59,973 nt of DNA from a virus. Below, one piece after another: positions 24,701 to 36,527 of the stretch. Positions within the stretch are counted from its first letter, which is position 1; the number at the start of each line of letters is the position of its first letter. Position numbers and translations under genes: made by a program. Where the stretch lies: IMG/VR virus record IMGVR_UViG_3300045988_079322; one strand, 5' to 3'. The notes below the pieces were generated by a model. It worked only from the letters and a program-made list of their open reading frames with translations, was not told the DNA's origin and ran no database searches.

Positions 24701-27417
24701 AGTGGTAAAGCAGTTGAGATAGCCGCACCAACAGTAGTAATACCAGCAGCCGCAGTTTTAGCTGAAGCTCCAACTGTTAAATACGATATTGCAGTTAAAC
24801 TATTTTGTAATGCCTGCTTTTTAAACAAGGTAGAGATTGTTGGTAATAACATTCCAAAGTTAGTAAGAATAACTGTAAAATCTTCAACAGTAAACTCTCC
24901 CTCTTTCACAGAATTTGTAAAAGTAGAGAACATGGAATTAATACTTGTCATTCCCATTGTAACTTGCGATAAAGTGGTTCCTACTTTAACCAATGTCTCA
25001 GCCCAGTCTAAAGTAGCATATCTGTTATTCTTTAACCCCTCACTAATTTCTTTTGTTTTCTACTGTAATAATTCTAATCCCTATCTAAAAGCCTCAGCAC
25101 TAATTTCATTATTCTTAAAAGCTGCTACAAGACCACTTAGATCATTTTTAAATTTAACAGAACCATCACCTAAAGAAGTAATAACTCTATTTAATGCAGC
25201 AACGTCTGATTCTGCCCCTTTTAATGCTTCCTAAAACTACTAAGAGGTAGTAAGATATTCTATTATCTCCTAATTTGTTGCATCTTGAGCACCTTCAAAA
25301 AGATTTAGGCTTCTTACTAAATTAATAGTTTCTTGAGAGATTTCATTGGTTCCAGAACCAACTAATTTCTATACTTGCTAAAACTTAGAAAGACTTACGC
25401 TCGCCACTTTTAATTTGTCAATTAAACTCTAAAGGGCTTGCTAATTTGTCTTTGAACTATAGAGAATTTCTGTTTCTATGTCCTCATAAAAAGAAAATTT
25501 ATTTTCATCTTCTAACACAAGCGCCGATAGTAGATTATCCTTCCATTTTTTATTGGGAACTAAACGCTCAGACAAACTATTTGTATAAGCTGTAATAAGT
25601 TCATCTGATTTGCTAACCTACTACCCAATTAAATTAACCTATGTCTATAAAACCTTTACTCTATCTAAATCTTGTTGTAAAATACCAGCCTAGCGCTCAG
25701 ATAGTTGTGTGGCCGCAGCGGACGCTTCTCCTTCAAGCTAAACAATCTAAGCTTGAGTATTTACCATCTATCCCTAAATAGTATTATCAAGTGCGGATTT
25801 CGCGATAATATCAGCCATCTATGCGGCTTCAGTTCTCAAAGTTTGCGCTCTATCCTTTTCTCTCTATCCGATAATACCAAGATTAGAAGCAATATCTCTC
25901 ATTCCTTGCGCAATCTTATCACCAAAAGCCTTATTCATCAGTAAAGCAGTTGTTGCTAAAACGCCAGACATTCCGCCTAAACCATCAATAATATCAGCAG
26001 TTGTACTTAAAATAGGACTAAGAACATCATCTACCCCAATATAAAAATCAGGATTTATTAAACTATCATAAATATCTTCCGCGGATGCTCTTACTCTATC
26101 TCTTGCCGCCTCCCAAGATTCAGCATAAATATCTGCTTGTTCTTGTAGAGATCCTTCTGCTCCATAAGAACTCTCCAAATTTTCCTAGAAGAAATCCCAG
26201 TTATCCATAAGAGCAATAAGACGAGTATATTGACGTACTCCAGCTACAGTCTGTGCTAATGCAATCTATTGATCATTAGATAGAGTTTCCCATTTCTCTC
26301 CCATTTCATCTAATAAAGTATCCATAGTCTTGATTTCTCCATTAACGTCAAAGATGTTAATTCCAACTTTATCAAGAGCCTAAGAATATTTATTTAGAGT
26401 AGTTCCATCATCAAGTGTTTCTCCAAGATTTAAGCCCTGAATACGTGCAAATAATGTTCTAAATGCAGTACCTACAGTATTCGCAGATTCACGAGTTGTA
26501 GCAGTAACAGTAGCAAGCGCAGATGCGGCATACTCATAACTCAAACCTACCGTCTCTGCAACTGCGGCAAACTGCTAGATACCTTCTGAAATTTCATCAG
26601 AGCTTGATGCAGTATCTGCACCTAAGCGCACCATGACGTCTGCATAATACTCAAGACTTTTACTTCCATCATAGAAGTTATTCCATACCGCAGTTAACTA
26701 GTCAGATGCAGTCTAAGCGCTAACACCCGCGGCGTTTGCCATTTTTATAGTAGTTTCAGTTCTATCTAAAACTTCCTACTCAGTAAGGCCCTACTGATAG
26801 TAAATCAGAGCTGCGTCAGTATAATCTACTGTAGTTGTACTCAATGCCTTAGCTGCTTCGTTAGCCTACTTAGCAAAAACAGCCATATCCTCGGCAGAAT
26901 TTTCAGTAACTATACGAATGTTTGTCAGAGATTCATTTAAATCTTTTGCATAACCATAAGCTGTCTCTAAAGAGCCAATAAAACCCTATAAAGTGCTTGC
27001 TGTAATCTACCAACGAACCGTATTTTTCATTGTAATCCACAAATCAGACATTAACTTATTAGTTCTGATTAACGGAGTTTCCGCCGCCATAATAGCCTGA
27101 GAAAGATTTAAGAATGTTTCTTGCCCCTAAATTCCCAGTTTGCTTAGTTGATTATAATAATCTGTTAAAGTCTTTCCGCTTTTTACTAAACTATCATTAA
27201 AAGCAGTCAAATCTAACTTACCTGAATTTCCATTAGTAGCCATCTAAAGATTACGGCTCAATTCAAGGGCCGCCAAAGATGCCTACTGAAGTTCACTAGA
27301 AATAGATGGCTAATTGCCTAATTTCTATAAACTATTTATAACTTCATTAACAGAGGTTTTTAGCTGACTCGCGTCAGCGGTAAACCCAATCTAATAGTTT
27401 AATCTTTTATTAGCCAC
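18718..27417 (-). CDS. Tail tape measure protein, about 2,899 aa, dozens of in-frame TAG
   Basis: GGAGG Shine-Dalgarno then GTG 27415-27417. Seven ORF-track fragments (25864, 24598, 23590, 21538, 20983, 20647, 19099) share a single frame. TAG stops were verified at 20893, 20647 and 19099. TAA at 18718-18720. Ala/Glu/Leu-rich coiled-coil composition, and an N-terminal region typical of TP901-type tape measure proteins. Confidence 0.6.
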
Positions 27418-27527
27418 AGTCCTTTTCCTCCTTTATCTCTACGATAAAACAAATAAGGCTCTTGAGAATTATATCTTCTCAAGAGCCTTTTAATTCTCTA
27501 TCTAATTTGTAAATTTTATTAGATTTA

Positions 27528-28058
27528 TTAATCTTTTCCAACCACATCTTTAATTACTGATAGTGTTTCAAGATTTTCACCATTCTTAATCTTTTCTAGC
27601 ATATCAGTAATATATGTATCAAGACCAGAAGCATTTTTATTCATCATCTGAATAATGCCGGCCGCAGAACTATTATATCTTGAAATATCGCTTATAGTAT
27701 CCTTAACTAAATCCTCAATAAAAGATAGTTCCTCCACCGGAATAATATCACGAATTGCATCAATTACACCGTTTGTCTCAAGAGTGTCATAGGTTTTTGC
27801 GATATTTTCATGCACATCTTCTGGCTCAAAAGTAATTCCGCCATACCATCTGCATATAGCAATAGCAAAATAGGTCTCCACTCTAACTGGACTAAAACAG
27901 CCAGTTGCCTCATCTATTGATAAATCAGTGACAAACATAATAAGATTTGTTTTATCAGCAATAGGAAGATAATTAGCCACAGACAAAATCTTATCTGCTC
28001 CAACCTTTACTTCTGTATATTTAACTTTAGGCTCAAGCCCCAAATCTTTAAAAGTCAT
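27528..28058 (-). CDS. Tail assembly chaperone candidate, 176 aa, no TAG, immediately upstream of the tape measure gene
   Basis: Intact ORF. The position matches the G/GT chaperone slot. Confidence 0.45.
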   Translation of the reverse strand: MTFKDLGLEPKVKYTEVKVGADKILSVANYLPIADKTNLIMFVTDLSIDEATGCFSPVRVETYFAIAICRWYGGITFEPEDVHENIAKTYDTLETNGVIDAIRDIIPVEELSFIEDLVKDTISDISRYNSSAAGIIQMMNKNASGLDTYITDMLEKIKNGENLETLSVIKDVVGKD

Positions 28059-28121
28059 TGTAAAATCTCCTTTATCTCATTTATATTTTTATTATACTAG
28101 AAAAATTAACTATTGTCAAGT

Positions 28122-29538
28122 TTAATATGCGTATTTAGATAGTATATTATTATTTAAAGTTGCTGCAATAGTTAATTTATTTATAACTCCATTGACTATA
28201 TTACTACGGGTGATTGCATCTAATATGTTTGCTCCAGAATTGCCATACCACTTATTACCCAGAGCGCCTTCTCCACCAATAGAAACCACTTCATGAGCAC
28301 TATTTCTAACAATATCATCACAGATATTATTAATAATTCGCTAGATTGAAAATACTCTACCATTAACTATAATAAACTATCCTAAATGACCCTTCTATGA
28401 ACTAAACTCACTAGACTGAATCCACTAATTAAAGAAGGACGCTGCAACAGAAGCCCGTATATTATTAAACGATTCTTCAAAATCAGCTCCAGTATATCTA
28501 TGAGCAATCATATTATAAGCAAGATACTTCTCTGGCTAACCAGAAAAATATTCTCCAACATTCATACTTGAAGAAGCAGAAATTTTATTCTAAGACATTT
28601 TCTTATTTTGCCATCTTGCATTTACATTTGTCCCTATCTCTATATTAAAAGTCTGATTGCCCTTGGTTACTTGCAAACTAAAGGTATCATTATTAAATAT
28701 ATTTGTAGTACCTTTAGACTTAGAGACATTATTCTATCCTTTATCAACCCATCGCAATTTTCCACCAGATTGCGCGATTACCTTATCTAATATACTATCC
28801 GCGGTATTAACTCCTATTGATATACCCTCTGCAACTATCGCCTAACTAATCTAATTTCCAATAACCCTTCTAAATATATAAGCAATAGTATTAGCAAAAG
28901 AACGAGAGTTTACTGATCCCTATTCACTTAAACGAGTAACAGCCCTGTTTAAAGAATCTATTACATCTTTTGCGATATTTATATCTCCTTTGCCAACAGC
29001 CATAACATAACTTTGCTATGCCTAATCTATCTAAAAGCTAGTTCCTATTAGCTATCTTCCAATCTATGTTAAAGCATCAAGAACATTAACATTTATCATA
29101 TTCGCTTTCGTTAAAGCTGATATAAGTAACCTAAAGAAATCATTCACTCTCTATATTTCCGGTGTACCAGTTGATAACAAGTTATTAAAGCTTCCAACCT
29201 ATTGCAATATAGTATTATAGTTTTCAAAATCTACCTATCCACCAGCTAATTCAATACCCTCATTAATACCGGCGGCAATCTAATCAAGAGTAGAGTCTAA
29301 TAGGGTTCCTATCTCTAGATCACTTAGAATCTTTAATCCACTGGCTGCGGAAGGCGCTTTTAGCTGCATCTATTCTTGAATTGAGGAGATCTAAGCCTCA
29401 ATTCCCGCGGTCTATGCTTTATTTACTGCCTATTGATACTATGCGCTGAATAAGGTATTCGCTGATTCTACGTCGCCATATTCTCTCAAATGGCTACTGT
29501 GATATACAATATAGTTAATAGACCAACGCTAAACATAA
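28122..29538 (-). CDS. Late tail-module gene or genes. At least one TAG-containing CDS ends at TAA 28122-28124. Upper boundary and frame continuity unresolved.
   Basis: Protein-like translation (...IVRNSAHEVVSIGGEGALGNKWYGNSGANILDAITRSN...) in frame 0 ending at 28122. A candidate Shine-Dalgarno/ATG at 29536-29538 lies in a different frame. Confidence 0.25.
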
Positions 29539-29564
29539 TCATAAATATCAATATCCATAACTCC

Positions 29565-29600
29565 AATTACTCCTTATAAAAAGAAAAAGGGAGGACATTA
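29565..29600 (-). terminator. Intrinsic terminator (minus strand) downstream of the 464-aa major tail gene
   Basis: Hairpin AAGGGAGGAC-TTAATG-TCCTCCCTT followed by TTTTCTTTTT on the minus strand. Confidence 0.5.
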
Positions 29601-29615
29601 AGTCCTCCCTTTAGA

Positions 29616-31010
29616 TTAAATTCCGTCATCCTCGGTGACAGAGACTAACTTATTGCGGGTGCTAGTCTTAGCTTTTGCTGCGGCAGATGTAGCAAAGCTA
29701 AGTTTGTTATTAATGGTATAAGTCTTTTCAAAATCACCATTAATCTTATTAATCTTTGCGGTAATAGGAGTTGCCTGATCTTCGCTAGTAAGAATTACAA
29801 GCAATCCTTGAGCTAACTCTTCGCCGCTAACGGTTTGAGTCTTTGTATTACCTTCAATTCTTGGGTCTGTAGAGAAGTATCTCTCATAAGCTGGGTTTGT
29901 AGTTACCACATTATATTGGGTACTATCACTCTCTACTGGGATTTGCAGGCTGATCTGAGCAGCTTCTGCTATAGTATCGCCATAAGCCTCAGTGTCATAA
30001 GCCTTTCCTGTTACACTACCAGTAACATCAAGCTCTGCGGCTGTAGCACTATTAGATACGAAACTTACAGTCACATCAGCAGCTTCACTCTCATAAGTAC
30101 CTACATTCTCAGAGCATGGCTCACGAGTTTCCTCGGTTTCACCGCTTTCATCAGTGATTACTTGAATTGCAGCCAATACCTTATGGGTTTGGTCGAACTT
30201 GGTGTAATCAGGGAAAGCGTCCATTGTAAAGGTAAAGGTAGAAGGATCTCCGTTAGCTGCCATGCTGAATGTGAAGTTACTCTGAACTTTACAGTTAGGA
30301 ATAATAAATTCAGCAGGCATATCTACGCCATCGCTCTCACGACGGAATAGAGTTGAAGCCTCAAGATAATAGTTACCACCAAACTTATCAGCAGTAATTT
30401 CAATCATCTGTGCTCCACCGGTACGCTTTACATAGTAGTCAACTAAAACAATGGTTCCCGCAGGAAGTACGCCAGCATGAGAATAACAAGTTAAAGTTGT
30501 TTTGCCATCTTCTGTGTAACTTACAGAAACAGGAATACAAGGCTCGGCATTAACTTGACCATCATCGCCTAACACCATCACAAAGATGTCGGCAGAACGG
30601 TGATACATTTCATTATCATGGTCAGTAAATCCATTCCAGCAAGCCTTGTCTGGAACAATAATAGTATTGGCAGTCTCAACTTCAATCTGAGAAGTCTGGT
30701 GAACATAGATAGGAGCTTCTTTTGTTGCATCAAGTAGGCCAGCACCAGAAAGAATAGAGAAGCTTTCTGGAGAAAGTAGAGCATCTTCCATTGTAAAGGT
30801 TAGAGTACGCTCACCTTCCCAAGCAATCAATCTAGAATATCCACGTCCGCCCTGCGCATATACTGTTGTTGCAGCACCCTCAAGAGTAGAGGTTCTTAAA
30901 GTGTCGAAATATAAAACTGGTTCATTTTTGTAGAACTTACGATTACCAAGGGTTTGATAACTCTTCGCACGAAGCACTACATCGCAAATCTCACGAATAC
31001 CAAAACGCAT
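29616..31010 (-). CDS. Major tail protein candidate (tube or sheath-like), 464 aa, no in-frame TAG
   Basis: Intact ORF with AAGGAGG Shine-Dalgarno. Sits between the connector genes and the chaperone/tape-measure genes. Followed by a terminator. Confidence 0.5.
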   Translation of the reverse strand: MRFGIREICDVVLRAKSYQTLGNRKFYKNEPVLYFDTLRTSTLEGAATTVYAQGGRGYSRLIAWEGERTLTFTMEDALLSPESFSILSGAGLLDATKEAPIYVHQTSQIEVETANTIIVPDKACWNGFTDHDNEMYHRSADIFVMVLGDDGQVNAEPCIPVSVSYTEDGKTTLTCYSHAGVLPAGTIVLVDYYVKRTGGAQMIEITADKFGGNYYLEASTLFRRESDGVDMPAEFIIPNCKVQSNFTFSMAANGDPSTFTFTMDAFPDYTKFDQTHKVLAAIQVITDESGETEETREPCSENVGTYESEAADVTVSFVSNSATAAELDVTGSVTGKAYDTEAYGDTIAEAAQISLQIPVESDSTQYNVVTTNPAYERYFSTDPRIEGNTKTQTVSGEELAQGLLVILTSEDQATPITAKINKINGDFEKTYTINNKLSFATSAAAKAKTSTRNKLVSVTEDDGI

Positions 31011-31024
31011 GAGCTAATTCCTCC

Positions 31025-31426
31025 TTAATTTTTAGGATGTATATCTCGCATCCATGATTCAACTGGTTTATCCGGTTTGCCGCCTGCAAGACGAACCCGC
31101 AGATCAACATCCCATTCAATAAATGCATTATATCTTTCCATCAAGTCAAATATCTAAAACATATTGAGATTAAGGCAATCCTCCAAGCTCATTGTCTAAG
31201 ATCCAACTGTTAGGATAGATACATAACGTGTTAAAACACTTTCATTATTTCCCTTATTCTTTATTTCCGCTACTTTACGACGTCCCCGCATTAACTTCTC
31301 TGCTATTTCTTTTGCTCTATCATTCGCAGGATTATAGATAACATTATTACCTTGAAATATGCTATTTACACATAAGACCTCTTTTAATGTATCTTGGAAA
31401 ATATCAAAGTTATTATCATCTATCAA
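31025..31426 (-). CDS. Head-tail connector or tail completion protein candidate, about 133 aa, 2 TAG
   Basis: ORF fragment 31196..31426 reads through TAG to TAA 31025-31027, overlapping the Shine-Dalgarno of the next gene. Confidence 0.35.
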
Positions 31427-31766
31427 AATAGGTTGCTTTTCATTCTATTTTGTTAAAATAATAGAATTTCTCGTAAGTAGTGGTATATAGTCAGGAAATA
31501 ATAACGTAAGAAGCATGATAATTGCATCTTTCTTATCCTTATCCTAAGATTGTTCTAACACCTTCATCAATACTTGAAAATTAGTTAAGGATGATGAAAG
31601 AATTTCGTCCTATATTAATGATTCTTTGTCTAAACAAAGATATTGAACTGCCATAAAAAATTTTGTCTCGCCTATAAGAGCTATTTCTTTAATGGTGGGA
31701 ACATGAATAATAAGTTGTAATTCAGGAATGGGAATATCAATCCCAGCCATTAAAGCTAATCTATAA

Positions 31767-32303
31767 TCAGACAAGTGGATTTACCTTATCCTCATTACCA
31801 CGAATTGCAAGATAGGTAAGAGACAAACCGGCAAACTCTTCATCATAAATATACGGAACAGCGGATACAAATTCAAGTTCTCCTATCCCAGTTAAATGAG
31901 TTTTATCCAACATTGAATCTATCTCTCCGGCTATCCTATAAGGACGCAAATCATAATCTCCTAAATCCCAATTATCATAATGACATATAATATCTATTCC
32001 AAAGGTATTATCTCTATATTCAGGATTAGTAGAATTTCTAACCATCGTACCATAAATTAATCGCAAATATGATTTTTCTGGCCTATCTACTTTAATTTTA
32101 GGCACAGGAGAAATTTGCTATGTTTCAATCATTTCCTTTATCATATCTCCGGTAACCGCAGGTTTACTTTTCCAATCTCTAGTATTATAAGCTAATAACT
32201 TTAAAACATTCTAATTAGAAAGTATCCTCTCCATAATCAATGAAGCGTCTTTCTAAATTCCCAATAAACTAGATTTAGGATATTCATAGGTATTCTTTTT
32301 CAT
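31767..32303 (-). CDS. Head-tail connector protein candidate, about 178 aa, 3 TAG
   Basis: ATG 32301-32303 extends ORF fragment 31767..32105 through three TAG codons. TGA at 31767-31769. Confidence 0.4.
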
Positions 32304-32315
32304 TAATTTCACCCC

Positions 32316-33116
32316 TTAGAACAAAGACTCTACCACAATAACTTTTTCTAGCGTAATATTTTCTTTTTCCCATATTAGAGTGAATTGACCATGAGTAGAT
32401 TTATTCCATACTAAATCTACTGCTTTATTTCCATTCGGACATAAAGTTACAGGGAAATCTTTTTCTAGTATTGACCAAGTTCCATTAGGTTCTTCAACAG
32501 AATAAGTCTCTTTTATTAAGGGCTTAATGAAAGTTTCACCTAATATTCCACTTTCTGGAGTAGGATCAACAGGCTCAAAAACTAATCCATCTTTCATACT
32601 ATTCTCAATATCGTCTGTATCTCTATTGATATAGTCCTCTTCTGCATTGACTTCAATAACATTTCTCATGCTAATATCGTCTGGAGCCTAGACTTTCCAG
32701 CACCGTCCCGCAAATAGAAATTCTTTATATCTATCAAAAGCATGAATTGTTTTCTCATTTCTTGGCATGAGGATATTTAAACTTAAATTAGGTTTATCTA
32801 ATCTCTCTTGATTTTTCTGAATAGATTCTATCTAAGTTTCAACTGGCCCTCTAATTGCCGCCCATGTTTCACACCATTTTCCATCCTAATCTTTAAATTT
32901 AATCTTATATCTACAACGTCTTATTTCTCCTCTAAAGTAAGCATCCTCGGTTATTTCTTCTAAATAGATAATCCAATAAGTCCCAGTTCTTTTCCACTCA
33001 AAGACATCTCCCGGTTCATATTTTGCCATATGATCTATTGAAATTATCTTATCATCATAATCTTGTTTTACTTTATCGGGATTAATAAGCGCTCTATATA
33101 TAGGATAAATACCCAT
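32316..33116 (-). CDS. Head-tail connector protein candidate, about 266 aa, 3 TAG
   Basis: Fragments 32886..33116 and 32316..32669 lie in the same frame, joined through TAG codons at 32886, 32835 and 32670. TAA at 32316-32318. Confidence 0.4.
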
Positions 33117-33315
33117 TTCATTATCAATAGCATCTAAAGATGCATCTAATACCTAAGATGATTTTTGTACCATCTAAACTGAACAACTTTGATAAGAATA
33201 CTATAACGCTTTTTGAAGAGTGCGCCATTTATCCTTTATCATTCTATCTTCTTGCCGAACGCCGCCTTGCCACTCGAGTCTTTTCCTCATTAATTCAAGA
33301 TTCGTCATCTTTTAT

Positions 33316-33518
33316 TACCTATGCCAATAAATCTATACATCTAAAGACTGTTTTTCGATAAATCATAAAATCTTCTTTACATACACTTGAAGTTAAACCT
33401 TCTAATTTAGATAATAAGATAAGACCTTCGACTTTATCTTTATATATCCTAACCAAACCACTAATTTCCTCTATCATAGTATTTAAATGATTTATCCAAT
33501 CTTCATCGTTTTCCTTCA
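33316..33518 (-). CDS. Small late protein, about 66 aa
   Basis: ATG at 33516-33518. TAG at 33319 followed at once by TAA 33316-33318. Confidence 0.3.
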
Positions 33519-33599
33519 TTGGTATTAACTTCCACAACTAATTGATTAGTCTCTTTAAATCTTGCTCTCTAGTATCTAATGGAAAATCAATTTCATATT

Positions 33600-34087
33600 T
33601 ATCCATCAAAAACACTCGTTTCTCTAAGAGTAGACCAATTCGACTTATAAGACCCTTCATTATCAATTAGTTTTCTTCTTTTATAAAGACGTTGCATGTG
33701 GTGGCTTTGACGCTCAGCTTCCTTCTTTAGCTCTATCAACTTTGCTAAATGATTAGCCTAAGAAGTCATTTTAAAATCTGTACCAGAATATTTCATTCTC
33801 GTCTGCTCTATTGATGCTACCTAGCGCTATAACCAAGTATTATACATCAATAATGCAAGAATATTTATTTCTTCGGTTGTCAAATGTGCGGAAAAGGCTG
33901 GAACAGCAATCGTCCCAGTCTCTTCACTAGCTATCTCAACATTGGTAAAACTATATAATGGAAATCTAGGAAATTCAAACCCTGGGAGCGCATCCATTAA
34001 AATATTATACAAATCTTTCTCGGTATCTTCCTTAGTCCATTCCATATACATATCATCAGTAATTTTACCAAAAAATCTATCGTACAC
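33600..34087 (-). CDS. Small late protein, about 160 aa, several TAG; the 3' boundary is approximate
   Basis: Fragment 33827..34087 continues through TAG at 33827 into a basic/coiled-coil region. Confidence 0.3.
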
Positions 34088-34154
34088 TTCTTCAAAAAGG
34101 GTAGGATCGCCCTAAATTGGATACTTATTATCCATGGCTATAACCTCCCTTATC

Positions 34155-34712
34155 TTACTCGGATATAGTTACTCTACGCTTTGGAGTATCATCACTTGCA
34201 ACCGATGCTCTTCTAACAGGCTTAACCTCATTTTTAGAATTTTTTCCTTCGTCCGCGGTTAATTCCAACGCTTTAGTAACGTTAAAACCTAATTGTTTTT
34301 CTATCGCATCTCGCTTTGAAATATCATTCAAAGGAAGAGAAACCGCGTGAGCCTTAATCAAATCTTTTGTCCCATCAGGGGCAAAATCAAGAGCATCCTT
34401 GAATTCATCCAAAGAGCATGACTGCATCCACGAATCAATATCTTTCTCTTTTAACCAATATTCTGGTTCAACTTTCCCATTAATAAGATATTCAATAATT
34501 TCTTTATCATCAATTAATAGATAATTATAAATCAGCTTGCGGCCTCCGGGTGTTTGAACCAACTTTTCAAGCTCAGATACACTAATCTCTTTATGCTCAC
34601 CTGGATAGAACATACGACGTACACCAAGCTCAGGCAGTTTATATACCGCGCGGCCCGCACTTTTATTATAAACAATACACTTATCTTTCATATTATATCT
34701 CCTTTTTCTCAA
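34155..34712 (-). CDS. Head-associated protein, 185 aa, no TAG
   Basis: Intact ORF, AAGGAG Shine-Dalgarno, TAA stop. Confidence 0.5.
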   Translation of the reverse strand: MRKRRYNMKDKCIVYNKSAGRAVYKLPELGVRRMFYPGEHKEISVSELEKLVQTPGGRKLIYNYLLIDDKEIIEYLINGKVEPEYWLKEKDIDSWMQSCSLDEFKDALDFAPDGTKDLIKAHAVSLPLNDISKRDAIEKQLGFNVTKALELTADEGKNSKNEVKPVRRASVASDDTPKRRVTISE

Positions 34713-34717
34713 TAAAT

Positions 34718-34750
34718 AAAGGGGATAGGGATATTTCCCTATCCCCTTTT
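34718..34750 (-). terminator. Intrinsic terminator or attenuator (minus strand) directly after the major capsid gene
   Basis: Hairpin AAAGGGGATAGGG-ATATTT-CCCTATCCCCTTT followed by a U-rich tract on the minus strand. Confidence 0.45.
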
Positions 34751-34752
34751 AA

Positions 34753-35805
34753 TTAACCATTATTTGGATTTGGGTTAGTATTATCAAGCTCACCTTGAAG
34801 TTCAGTATCAACGTAAGAGAAAATGTTATTTGCCATCATTACGCCAACTCCGACCTTGCGGTAAACCTGAATATCACGAGACCAGTCATCGTTATCATCG
34901 CGCTCGCGCACGTGAGTAGTACCCTCAAAAGCAACTTTAACAGGACGGGTATCTGCTCCACCGGGGATAACCCAAGCATAACCAGGGTCAATCATCTTTC
35001 TAGAGTTAGTCTCATCCTCAAGAGTTTGAGGTAGAATTACCACTCTAGTTCCCTTGTAGTTAGCAAGGTATCCAGTTCCCCAATACTGATCTCTCATGTT
35101 ATCAGAAATCCAAGCCTCATTATCTGGAATCATCTTTACTGCAAACTCACGAGTACAGTAAATAGTAGGCTGACCATAAGCGCTAGCAGTATTTACAAGA
35201 TAATCCATAGTGGCTTCATCAAAACCAGCAACGGCACAACGGTTTGCTGCGGGAAGCTGATTAATAGAACCCATAAGAGCTTGAGCAATCTCTCTATAAA
35301 TAAGCTCTTGCATACCCTCAGTTACAATCTGAGTAAGTTCTGCGAAGTTTACTCTTCCGTCGAGGAACTCCTCGAATCCGATACGAGCAGCTCCGCCGAT
35401 AGCACTTGTACCAACTTCGAAGCTCTCGGAACCGAGCTTAAAGGTCTCGTATACGCCAGCAAGTCCAACGCGAGTGATGAATTGCTTAGCACGGGTAAGT
35501 CCAGTTCTACGAGTAAATACAGGTTTATCTCCCTGTCTGAAAGTTCTAATCTCGGCAAAATTGCCATAAGAATTGAGTAAACGATTAGGAACAACTTCAT
35601 CCATAGTTTGCTCAATTAAAGAGAATAGAGTATGTTTATTTTCTCTATAAAGTTCATCTGTGCCAACAAGCTCATTTAACTCATTGCGCAAAGTGGTGTT
35701 CAAAGCGTCGTAGCTAAAGGATTCTCCTTGATAGCTATAGGTACCAGAAGGATTTGCATTGGCGACAGTCTTCATTAAACTAAGTAAATTAGCTTTATCT
35801 AACAT
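34753..35805 (-). CDS. Major capsid protein candidate, 350 aa, no in-frame TAG
   Basis: Intact ORF immediately downstream of the scaffold and decoration-like genes. Its size and position fit an HK97-fold capsid protein. Confidence 0.5.
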   Translation of the reverse strand: MLDKANLLSLMKTVANANPSGTYSYQGESFSYDALNTTLRNELNELVGTDELYRENKHTLFSLIEQTMDEVVPNRLLNSYGNFAEIRTFRQGDKPVFTRRTGLTRAKQFITRVGLAGVYETFKLGSESFEVGTSAIGGAARIGFEEFLDGRVNFAELTQIVTEGMQELIYREIAQALMGSINQLPAANRCAVAGFDEATMDYLVNTASAYGQPTIYCTREFAVKMIPDNEAWISDNMRDQYWGTGYLANYKGTRVVILPQTLEDETNSRKMIDPGYAWVIPGGADTRPVKVAFEGTTHVRERDDNDDWSRDIQVYRKVGVGVMMANNIFSYVDTELQGELDNTNPNPNNG

Positions 35806-35824
35806 TCTTCTTCACTCCTTCCAA

Positions 35825-36514
35825 TTAACCTACACGCTGTACTTTTACACCGGGTTGAAGATCTGGCATGGTGTATACTTTTACTACTGTAAAGATAGGA
35901 TCTAAATCTCCACCCTTAGCAGAAGATTCAGTATCCTCGGTTAAATAACCATCAGTATCAATCTTTAAACGATCTCCAACAGCAAGTGAACCGGCATCAG
36001 CCTTAATAGTATTAGTCGTCCAAATATCACCAATACTAATCTTAATTACACGTGGAACCATTTTAGTTCCTTCTGGCATCAAAGCTGGATAAGTAAATGT
36101 TTCCATATTCTTTTTATATGCTACGTTACTACCTTCACGTACAGCTTCACCAGTATAGTCATTAATGGTAGCGAGTGTAGAAACGGTCTGTCCGATTGGG
36201 CTATAAACACGAGCGTTATAGTTATCTTTAATCATAGCAAAATCGGCATCAGTCTCACGATCTCTATAAATTTTTACCTCATTGAATACCATCATCCAAG
36301 CACCAGAAGTAGCCTCTGTGCTAAAATCACATACACCCTTAGCATAGTCATACTTTACGAATTGACCATTCTCAAGAAGGGTGATTGTGCTAGCAGCAGG
36401 AAGCTGGGCATATACCTGACCATTTCTTGGAGCGGAAAGATGGTTTGGTTCTACTTGACCATATCCATATTGGACAAAAGTAGCATTACCTAATCTTTTA
36501 GAACTCTTAGCCAT
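35825..36514 (-). CDS. Head protein in the decoration-protein position, 229 aa, no TAG
   Basis: Intact ORF with AAGGAGG Shine-Dalgarno, between the scaffold and major capsid genes (lambda Nu3-D-E order). Confidence 0.45.
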   Translation of the reverse strand: MAKSSKRLGNATFVQYGYGQVEPNHLSAPRNGQVYAQLPAASTITLLENGQFVKYDYAKGVCDFSTEATSGAWMMVFNEVKIYRDRETDADFAMIKDNYNARVYSPIGQTVSTLATINDYTGEAVREGSNVAYKKNMETFTYPALMPEGTKMVPRVIKISIGDIWTTNTIKADAGSLAVGDRLKIDTDGYLTEDTESSAKGGDLDPIFTVVKVYTMPDLQPGVKVQRVG

Positions 36515-36527
36515 TCTTTAATCCTCC

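Noticed and set aside
24647-25234. 195-aa plus-strand ORF (also 29835..30350, 36811..37098, 35281..35580, 10482..10667, 19144..19341)
   Set aside because: All are antisense to long, better-supported minus-strand structural genes and lack ribosome-binding sites.
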